NCBI GenBank assembly: GCA_046744435.1 | Contig: JBKPFP010000224.1 | Location: forward strand, 1-30,483 | Direction of reading: 5' to 3' | Origin: Actinomycetota bacterium | GTDB lineage: Bacteria; Actinomycetota; Thermoleophilia; Gaiellales; Gaiellaceae | Length of the DNA: 30,483 bases | Shown: positions 23,961-30,483 of the stretch, piece after piece | How the letters are laid out: the number at the start of each line of letters is the position of its first letter | How positions within the stretch are numbered: position 1 is the first letter of the stretch | Notes under the pieces: model-generated | Seen by the model: only the letters and a program-made list of their open reading frames with translations | What the model was told of the DNA's origin: nothing | Databases searched by the model: none | Made by a program: the position numbers and the translations under genes

Positions 23961-24842
23961 TCACGCGGCGCCCACTGGCACGGGCCGCTCGGCACGGCGG
24001 GTCTCCTCGACATCGCGGGCGATCTGGGCGACGAGCTCCTCCTCGCTCTCGAACGCCCGTTCCTCGCGGAGCCGGCGCCAGAGCTCGACGATCAGCCGCT
24101 GCCCGTAGAGATCGCCTTCGAAGTCGAGGACGAACGCCTCGATCCGCCGCTCTCGGCCGCCGTAGTGCGGGTTCGTGCCGATCGAGACCGCGGCGCGGTG
24201 CTCCAGAACGCTCCCCGCGTAAATGCCGAAGGACGGCACGACCAGGTCCGGCCGCACGGAGAGGTTCGCGGTGGGGAAGCCGAGCGTGCCGCCGCGGGCG
24301 TTGCCGGCCACGACGATCCCTTCGACCTCGACCGGCCGGCCGAGCAGGCCTGCTGCCGCCTCGACCGCGCCGTCGGCGACGAGCTCGCGGATGCGAGACG
24401 AGGAGACGCCCTCGAGGAGAGGCACCGCCCGGATCTCGAAGCCGAGCTGGGAAAGCAGCTCGAGGTCGCCCTTGCGACCGTGACCGAAGCGGAAGTCCTC
24501 GCCCGCGACGACGACCTCGGCGCCCAGCGGGCGCAGGATTCGATCGGCGAACTCGTCCGGCTCGAGCCGCGCGAGGTCGAGGGTGAACTCCACGACCAGG
24601 GTCTCGTCGCTGCCGGTCTCGGCGATCAGCTCCAGGCGGCGCTCGAGCGTGGAGAGCAGCGCCACGAAGTTCCCGAGCGCCGTGCGCGGGTGCGGGTCGA
24701 AGGTGACGACCGTGGACGTGAGCCCGGTCTCGCGCGCGGCCGCGAGCACGCGCTGGTGGCCGAGGTGGACGCCGTCGAAGGTGCCGAGCGCAACGGCCCG
24801 CGGCCCGGGGCCGAGCTCGTCGGGCGAGCGGGCGACCTTCAC
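23961..24842 (-). CDS. ribF: bifunctional riboflavin kinase/FAD synthetase
   Basis: GTFDGVHLGH, TFDPHP, GEDFRFG, VSSSRIR, GGTLGFPTAN, IEAFVLDF, LREERAF. Confidence 0.97.
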   Translation of the reverse strand: MKVARSPDELGPGPRAVALGTFDGVHLGHQRVLAAARETGLTSTVVTFDPHPRTALGNFVALLSTLERRLELIAETGSDETLVVEFTLDLARLEPDEFADRILRPLGAEVVVAGEDFRFGHGRKGDLELLSQLGFEIRAVPLLEGVSSSRIRELVADGAVEAAAGLLGRPVEVEGIVVAGNARGGTLGFPTANLSVRPDLVVPSFGIYAGSVLEHRAAVSIGTNPHYGGRERRIEAFVLDFEGDLYGQRLIVELWRRLREERAFESEEELVAQIARDVEETRRAERPVPVGAA

Positions 24843-25492
24843 AGGGCCGCGAGCGCCTCCTCCGGCGGCAGGATGCGGTCGGGGTCCGCATCCTCGACGT
24901 GGAAGGGCCCGACCGCGGTGCGGCGGAGCGTCACGCAGTGCCCGCCGAGCGCCTCGGCGATCGAGCGGACGTAGCCGCCCGAGCTCACGCCGACGCGAAG
25001 CCTCGCCACCCGACCGTCATAGCTGATCAGGTCCAGGTCGTGCACGGTCGTGCGCCGGGTCGGCATATCCACCTGCACGCCGCGCCGGAAGAGCTTGTAG
25101 GCCCGCTCGCCGCCGATCTTGACGGCCGAAGCGGCCGGAATCGGCAGGTCGACCTCGCCGCGCAGCGCCTCGATCTGCTCCCGGAGCTCGTCCTCGGAGG
25201 GCGGCTCCGCCTCATCGACGACCTCGCCCTCCGGGTCGCCGGTAGTCGTGGTCGTCGAGAGGTCGACCTCGGTCTCGTACTCCTTGTCGAGGCCGACGAA
25301 CCGCGACGCCTGCTTCGTGAAGGCGCCGAGGACGACGAGCAGGAGACCAGTAGCGAACGGGTCGAGCGTGCCAGCGTGGCCGGCCCGGGCGCCCGTGCGG
25401 TTGCGCAGGTCGCGCACGACGGCGAACGACGAGGGCCCGGCCGGCTTGTCGACGAGCACGAGGCCCGACGGAGTGAGCGCGCGGGGCGGCAC
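24839..25492 (-). CDS. truB: tRNA pseudouridine(55) synthase
   Basis: LVDKPAG, GHAGTLDPFATG, TTTTGDPEG, SAVKIGGERAY, SSGGYVRS. Confidence 0.96.
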   Translation of the reverse strand: MPPRALTPSGLVLVDKPAGPSSFAVVRDLRNRTGARAGHAGTLDPFATGLLLVVLGAFTKQASRFVGLDKEYETEVDLSTTTTTGDPEGEVVDEAEPPSEDELREQIEALRGEVDLPIPAASAVKIGGERAYKLFRRGVQVDMPTRRTTVHDLDLISYDGRVARLRVGVSSGGYVRSIAEALGGHCVTLRRTAVGPFHVEDADPDRILPPEEALAAL

Positions 25493-26496
25493 TACGACCT
25501 CTGGGACGCGGCGAACTCCTTGCGGAGGAACTCCGTGATCTCCTCGATCGAGGCCTCGCTCGAGAAGCCCGCGGCCTGGCGGTGGCCTCCCCCACTCCCG
25601 GACTTGCGCGCGATCGCGGAGACGTCGACCTCGTCGGAGGACGCGCGGAGGCTGACGCGGCGCATCGGGCCGCCCGAGCGCGGCGGCTCGCGGATAAGGG
25701 CAGCCATGTCGGCGCCCTCGACCGCGCGCAGGTAGTCGATGATGCCCTCGGAGTACGGCTCGGCTGCGCCGACCTCGGCGAAGTCGTCGCGCAGGAGGTA
25801 CGAGACGACGAGTCGCCCGCCCTCGTAGACCTGCGCCCGCTCGAGCGCGCGGGCGAGCAGCTTCAGCTTCGCGAACTGGACGTTCTCGTAGACGACCTGG
25901 AAGACCTTGTGCACGTCGGCGCCGGCCTCGACGAGCTCGGCAGCGAGGCGCAGCGCCTTCGGGGTCGTGTTTGCGTACTGGAAGCGGCCGGTGTCTGTGA
26001 CGAGCGCGATGTAGAGCGGCTCGGCGATCTCGGGCGTCAGCTCGACGCCGAGCTCAGCGAAGAGGTCGCGGAGGATCTCGCCGGTCGACGAGGCGTCCGG
26101 CACGACGAGGTTGACCCCGCCGAAGCGCGTGTTGTCGTGGTGGTGGTCGACGTTGACGACGAGCGGCGCGCTCGCGAGCACCTCGGGGTCGGGGCCGAGC
26201 CGGCTCTCGTTCGCGCAGTCGACGGCGAGCAGGACGCGCTCGCCCGCATCCGTCGGCAGCTTGCGCTGCAGCCCGTCGAACGGCATCCAGGCGTACTCGC
26301 CCGGCAGCGGCGCCTCGCCGGCGAGGTAGAGCGTCGCGTCCTTGCCGAGCGCGTCGAGAGCGAGCTTCGTGGCGAGCAGCGAGCCGAGGGCGTCGCCGTC
26401 CGGGTTCTCGTGGGTCGTGACGAGGAAGCGGTCGTTCGACCGGATCGCGTCCGCGACGGCCGCCAGCTCCGACTCAGTCGTCTGGGGCGAGCTCAT
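25492..26496 (-). CDS. nrnA: DHH/DHHA1 phosphoesterase (NrnA-like nanoRNase/pAp phosphatase)
   Basis: HENPDGDALGS, VDC, DHH, DTGRF, GGGHRQAAG; in the usual rbfA-truB position. Confidence 0.9.
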   Translation of the reverse strand: MSSPQTTESELAAVADAIRSNDRFLVTTHENPDGDALGSLLATKLALDALGKDATLYLAGEAPLPGEYAWMPFDGLQRKLPTDAGERVLLAVDCANESRLGPDPEVLASAPLVVNVDHHHDNTRFGGVNLVVPDASSTGEILRDLFAELGVELTPEIAEPLYIALVTDTGRFQYANTTPKALRLAAELVEAGADVHKVFQVVYENVQFAKLKLLARALERAQVYEGGRLVVSYLLRDDFAEVGAAEPYSEGIIDYLRAVEGADMAALIREPPRSGGPMRRVSLRASSDEVDVSAIARKSGSGGGHRQAAGFSSEASIEEITEFLRKEFAASQRS

Positions 26497-26656
26497 CGAT
26501 GAGTTGGGACCTGAGGCACCGCTTGCGGTGCCGACGTCAGGGTGGCGGGCTTGCCCGCCGCTCGTCTGCACTGAACTGTCGAGCGGCTGATGATCCCACG
26601 AACGATCATGAGCTCAGCTCGAGTCGTCTGGGGCGAGCTCATCGATGAGTTGGGAC
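26476..26656. mobile_element. 111-bp structured insert (26511-26621) flanked by perfect 35-bp direct repeats (26476-26510, 26622-26656)
   Basis: AGTCGTCTGGGGCGAGCTCATCGATGAGTTGGGAC occurs twice; the interior folds into four hairpins. The repeat is certain, mobility is inferred. Confidence 0.7.
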
Positions 26657-26961
26657 ATGCGGACGCCGCGCTCGACGGTCGGATCGTATTCGAAGGCCAG
26701 CGTCGGGGTCCGTTTCAGTCTGAGCTCGGCGGCGATGCGGGCTTGCAGGACGCCGTGAGCCGAGGCGAGCCCCTCGAGCGTCCGCACGCGCTTCCGCTCC
26801 GAGCCGAGGACGCTGACGAACACGCGTGCGTGCCGCAGGTCGGGCGAGGTCTCGACGCCGGTGACGGTGACGAACCCGATCCGCGGGTCCAGGAGCGAGC
26901 CTATTCCCTCGGAGAGCACCTCCTTGATCGACTCGTTCACGCGTCGCATCCGTGAAGTCAT
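26614..26961 (-). CDS. rbfA: ribosome-binding factor A
   Basis: RMRRVNE.I...L, DPRIGFVTVTGVETSPDLRHARVFVS, LRLKRTPTLAFEYD. Confidence 0.97.
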   Translation of the reverse strand: MTSRMRRVNESIKEVLSEGIGSLLDPRIGFVTVTGVETSPDLRHARVFVSVLGSERKRVRTLEGLASAHGVLQARIAAELRLKRTPTLAFEYDPTVERGVRMSQLIDELAPDDSS

Positions 26962-27041
26962 CGCGAATCTCGCAGCTTCTGCGGAGTAATCGGTGGCGTC
27001 ACGGTTGAGTGCCTACGGGGTGACAAGGACGCGTAGCGTGC

Positions 27042-27350
27042 TCAGTCATCTGGAGCAACCACCTCCCGGTCTGCGCGGACGAGCTCGTACTCCTGGCCGT
27101 TCAGGTAGCGGACCGCCTCCTCGAGCAGCTTCTCGACCTCGGCGTGGTCGCGCGCGACGCAGGCGACGGTCAGGCGCGAGCGCTGCCAGAGGTCGTGGTG
27201 GTCGACCTCGGCCACCGACGCGCCGAAGCGGTTCTGCAGCTGGGCCTTGGCCGACTTGACGTGCTTGCGCTTGCCCTTCAACGAGCCTGCCTCGGGGAAG
27301 TGCAGCTCGACCGAGAGGATCCCTACGTAGCCGGCGCCCACCGCCGACAT
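27042..27350 (-). CDS. DUF503 (YlxP-like) protein
   Basis: VGILSVELHFP...SLKGKR...L.NRF..SVAEVDHHDLWQR, between infB and rbfA. Confidence 0.92.
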   Translation of the reverse strand: MSAVGAGYVGILSVELHFPEAGSLKGKRKHVKSAKAQLQNRFGASVAEVDHHDLWQRSRLTVACVARDHAEVEKLLEEAVRYLNGQEYELVRADREVVAPDD

Positions 27351-27354
27351 CTTC

Positions 27355-29304
27355 CTAACTGTCTGAGAGGTCCGTGCGCTCGATCTCGCGGATCTCGTAG
27401 GCTTCGAGGACGTCGCCTTCCTTCACGTCGTTGAAGCCGTCCAGGAGGATTCCGCACTCGAAGCCCTCCTCGACCTCGCGCACGTCGTCCTTGAAGCGCT
27501 TGAGCTGCGCGATCGACGTGTCGTAGATGACCGTGCCGTCGCGGATCACCCGCACCTTGGCGCCGCGGCGGACGAGCCCGCTCGTCACGTAGGAGCCGGC
27601 GATCGTCCCGAGCCGTGAGACACGGAACAGCTGCCGCACCTCGGCCTCGCCGAGCGTCTCCTCGGTCGTGACCGGCCTCAGCATGCCGACGAGGGCCTGC
27701 TCGATGTCCTCGGTCAGCCGGTAGATGACGCTGTAGGTGCGGATCTCGACGCCCTCGCGCTCGGCCGAGGCGCGCGCCTCGGCGGTCGGGCGGACGTTGA
27801 AGCCGACGACCATCGCGTTCGAGGCCGCGGCGAGCATGACGTCGTTCTCGGAGATGCCGCCGACGCCGGTGTGGATGACGTTCACCCGCACCTCTGGGTG
27901 CTGGATCTTCTGCAGCTCGGAGACGGCGGCCTCGACCGAGCCGTCGACGTCTCCCTTGACGACCAGGTTCAGGTCCTGGACGCCGCCCTCTTGCATCTGG
28001 GAGAAGAGCGTCTCCAGCGAGACCCCCGCGGCGCGGCGCTGTGCCAGCTGCTCACGCCGCACGCGCTCACCGCGCAGATTGGCGAGGTGGCGGGCCTGCC
28101 GCTCGTTCTCGACCACGCGCGCGTGCTCGCCCGCGGCCGGCGGCTTGTCGAAGCCGATGATCTCGACCGGGTCGCCCGGGCCCGCTTCCTTGACCTTCTC
28201 GCCGCGGAAGGTGTGCAGCGCGCGCACCTTGCCCCAGGCGTCGCCGGCGACGATCGCGTCGCCGACGCGGAGCGTGCCGCGGTGGACGAGCATCGTCGCC
28301 ACCGGGCCGCGGCCCACGTCGAGGCGCGACTCGATGATAGGCCCCGAAGCCTCCGCGTTCGGGTTCGCCTTCAGCTCGAGCTCGGCGTCCGCGACGAGAA
28401 GCACCTTCTCGAGCAGGTCGTCGAGGTTCTGCTTCTCCTTCGCGGAGACGTCCGAGTACTGCGTCGTCCCGCCCCACTCCTCCGGCTGGAGGTCCTCCTG
28501 GGTCAGCTCCTGGCGGACGCGCTGCGGATCGGCGTCGGGCTTGTCGACCTTGTTCACGGCCACGACGATCGGCACCTCGGCCGCCCGCGCGTGGGCGATC
28601 GACTCCTGGGTCTGCGGCTTGACGCCGTCGTCGGCGGCCACGACGAGCACTGCCACGTCGGTCACGTTTGCGCCCCGGGCGCGCATGGCCGTGAAGGCCT
28701 CGTGGCCGGGCGTGTCGAGGAAGGTGATCTTGCGGCCGTCGTGATCGGCCTGGTAGGCGCCGATGTGCTGGGTGATGCCGCCCGCCTCGGTCTCGACGAC
28801 GGAGGCCTCGCGGATCGCATCGAGCAGCGTCGTCTTGCCGTGGTCGACGTGGCCCATGATCGTCACGACGGGCGGGCGCGGCACGAGATCCTCGTCCGCG
28901 TCCTCGTACGTCTCCGGCACCTCGTCCTCGTCCGCGACGTGCTTGATGTTGACCTCGCGCTTGACCTCGTTTGCGATCAGCTGCACCGCCTCGTCGGAGA
29001 GCGTCTGCGTGATCGTGACCATCTCCCCGAGGCCCATCATGATCTTGATGATCTGAACGGCCGGGATGCCGAGCGCCGAAGACAGCTCCTTGACGGAGAC
29101 CCCGGAGGGCACTGTCACAGGCCCGGTGGGCGGCGGCGCAGGCGGAGCCTTGGGCCGCGGTTCCGTGCGTTCCCGCTGCTGCCGCGAGTCCGGGCGCGGG
29201 CGCGCGGCACCGGTGTCGATGACGACACGGCGCTTGCGGCCCCGGCTCGGGGCCTGGCGCGGCCTCACGGGCCTATTTGGACGGTTTCCCTTTGAATCAG
29301 CCAG
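27355..29304 (-). CDS. infB: translation initiation factor IF-2 (short N-terminus)
   Basis: [53 protein letters not shown]. Start uncertain: CTG 29304 or GTG 29331. Confidence 0.97.
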   Translation of the reverse strand: MADSKGNRPNRPVRPRQAPSRGRKRRVVIDTGAARPRPDSRQQRERTEPRPKAPPAPPPTGPVTVPSGVSVKELSSALGIPAVQIIKIMMGLGEMVTITQTLSDEAVQLIANEVKREVNIKHVADEDEVPETYEDADEDLVPRPPVVTIMGHVDHGKTTLLDAIREASVVETEAGGITQHIGAYQADHDGRKITFLDTPGHEAFTAMRARGANVTDVAVLVVAADDGVKPQTQESIAHARAAEVPIVVAVNKVDKPDADPQRVRQELTQEDLQPEEWGGTTQYSDVSAKEKQNLDDLLEKVLLVADAELELKANPNAEASGPIIESRLDVGRGPVATMLVHRGTLRVGDAIVAGDAWGKVRALHTFRGEKVKEAGPGDPVEIIGFDKPPAAGEHARVVENERQARHLANLRGERVRREQLAQRRAAGVSLETLFSQMQEGGVQDLNLVVKGDVDGSVEAAVSELQKIQHPEVRVNVIHTGVGGISENDVMLAAASNAMVVGFNVRPTAEARASAEREGVEIRTYSVIYRLTEDIEQALVGMLRPVTTEETLGEAEVRQLFRVSRLGTIAGSYVTSGLVRRGAKVRVIRDGTVIYDTSIAQLKRFKDDVREVEEGFECGILLDGFNDVKEGDVLEAYEIREIERTDLSDS

Positions 29305-29554
29305 GGTGTTTCGGGTCAGTGTAAAGAGCACCGAGCTCGCGATCGACCCGGATGGGGCGGTGCAGAGTACGTGCGAATGCCCGCCGCGCGACCGCTCGCT
29401 CGAAGCACTGGAGCCGTCGGCACGTGTAGACGCCCCGGCCCGGCTCCTGTGGGCCAGGCACGAGCACGCCCTCTGGTGCCACGAAGCGCACGAGCTCGGA
29501 CTTCGCAGCCTTGTGACCGCAACCCGCGCACGTCCTGACCGGCTCTGAGCTCAC
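29297..29554 (-). CDS. ylxR: YlxR/DUF448 RNA-binding protein
   Basis: [16 protein letters not shown]...PGRGVYTC....C; GTGA-coupled to nusA. Confidence 0.92.
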   Translation of the reverse strand: MSSEPVRTCAGCGHKAAKSELVRFVAPEGVLVPGPQEPGRGVYTCRRLQCFERAVARRAFARTLHRPIRVDRELGALYTDPKHPG

Positions 29555-30483
29555 GAAGACCCTTGCTCTTCCTCCGTTTCCTGCCCGGGGACGGGCACCT
29601 CGACCTCGGGCTCCGGGCCTGGGCCTTCGTCCGCGTCGCCGACGGCCGACGTCTCGTGGACGGGCTCCCCGACCTCGGGGGTTGCCTCGACGAGGATCTC
29701 CTCGTCGGCCGAGGCTTCTGCCTCCGCCTCGGCAGCCGGTGGTTCCGGCTCACTCACGGTGTCAGACACCGGAGTGGTGGCGGACACCTCGTCGCTCGAG
29801 GCCTCGCCCTCGGCCGCGATGGGCACGCTGGCTACCTTCTCGCCCGCGGCCTCCCGCGCGGCCAGCTCCTGGTGTGCAGGGATGCCGCAGAAACGTGAGC
29901 CTGGCAGCGAGGCGTTCGGGCAGCGCTTGCCGTTGGCGAGGATCGCGGCGCAGCGGCCCGAGAACTCGCCGCCGCCCTCCTCGTCGCCGGCGAAGGCAGC
30001 CTCGGCCTCGGCCTGGGCGAACTCCTGGTCGGACTGGATGTCGACGCGCCAGCCGGTCAGCCGGGCAGCGAGCCTCGCGTTGAGACCTTCCTTGCCGATC
30101 GCGAGCGCCAGCTGGTCCTCGGGCACGACGACTGTGGCTTCCTTGGTCTCGTCGTCGACGAAGACCTCGCGCACGCGGGCCGGGGACAGCGCCTTCGCGA
30201 TGAAGCGAGCCGGCTCGGTGTTCCACGGGATGATGTCGATCTTCTCGCCGCGGAGCTCGGACACGACCATGCGGACGCGCGAGCCGCGCGGCCCGACGCA
30301 AGCGCCCACCGGGTCGACGCCCTGGGCGTGCGACTCGACGGCGATCTTCGAGCGGTAGCCCGGCTCGCGGGCGACGCCGCGGATCTCGACGAGGCCGTCG
30401 GCGATCTCCGGCACCTCGAGCTCGAACAGCGTCCGGATCAGTTCCGGGTCGCGGCGGGAAAGGATGACCTGCGGGCCCTTCGT
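29551..30483 (-). CDS. nusA: transcription factor NusA (5'-truncated) with a C-terminal Cys/His motif and acidic tail
   Basis: [68 protein letters not shown]. Confidence 0.97.
   Translation of the reverse strand, partial: TKGPQVILSRRDPELIRTLFELEVPEIADGLVEIRGVAREPGYRSKIAVESHAQGVDPVGACVGPRGSRVRMVVSELRGEKIDIIPWNTEPARFIAKALSPARVREVFVDDETKEATVVVPEDQLALAIGKEGLNARLAARLTGWRVDIQSDQEFAQAEAEAAFAGDEEGGGEFSGRCAAILANGKRCPNASLPGSRFCGIPAHQELAAREAAGEKVASVPIAAEGEASSDEVSATTPVSDTVSEPEPPAAEAEAEASADEEILVEATPEVGEPVHETSAVGDADEGPGPEPEVEVPVPGQETEEEQGSS

Noticed and set aside
26587-26620. CTGATGA hammerhead ribozyme core in the insert
   Set aside because: No GAAA follows the adjacent stem and the three-stem junction cannot be built.
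26476-26656. CRISPR repeat-spacer-repeat reading of the 35-bp repeats
   Set aside because: Only two repeats, a 111-bp interval, repeats made of rbfA/nrnA coding sequence, and no cas genes.
26956-27050. 7-bp direct repeat (GATGACT, minus strand) around the DUF503-rbfA spacer as a second insertion
   Set aside because: Too short to be significant, and removing the interval would delete the DUF503 stop codon.

Overview
High-GC actinobacterial chromosome segment; gene order and protein style suggest Thermoleophilia/Gaiellales (inference). From ~8264 to the right end is a mostly minus-strand housekeeping block: nusA (5'-truncated), ylxR, infB, DUF503, rbfA, DHH phosphoesterase, truB, ribF, then rpsO, pnp, M16 peptidase, dapB, GNAT, macrodomain, dapA, rnj and a hypothetical gene. 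Three things interrupt it. (1) A 111-bp multi-hairpin insert flanked by perfect 35-bp direct repeats sits at the rbfA/DHH junction. (2) Between ribF and rpsO lie a Zn-ribbon gene, a ggt-like gene and a four-gene putative copper-handling operon. (3) A degenerate HD-GYP membrane protein gene lies between dapA and rnj. Positions 1-8263 are accessory and visibly less GC-rich at the left. They hold tRNA(CAT) 3'-half scars heading a ~445-bp diverged duplication, a collagen-repeat secreted protein, an Asp-to-Glu atypical LuxR response regulator, two more secreted proteins, a frameshifted NIPSNAP gene, an Ada/AlkA fusion and a DUF4440 gene. No integrase, transposase, intact tRNA/rRNA or CRISPR array was seen. 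All calls are by eye, without database searches.
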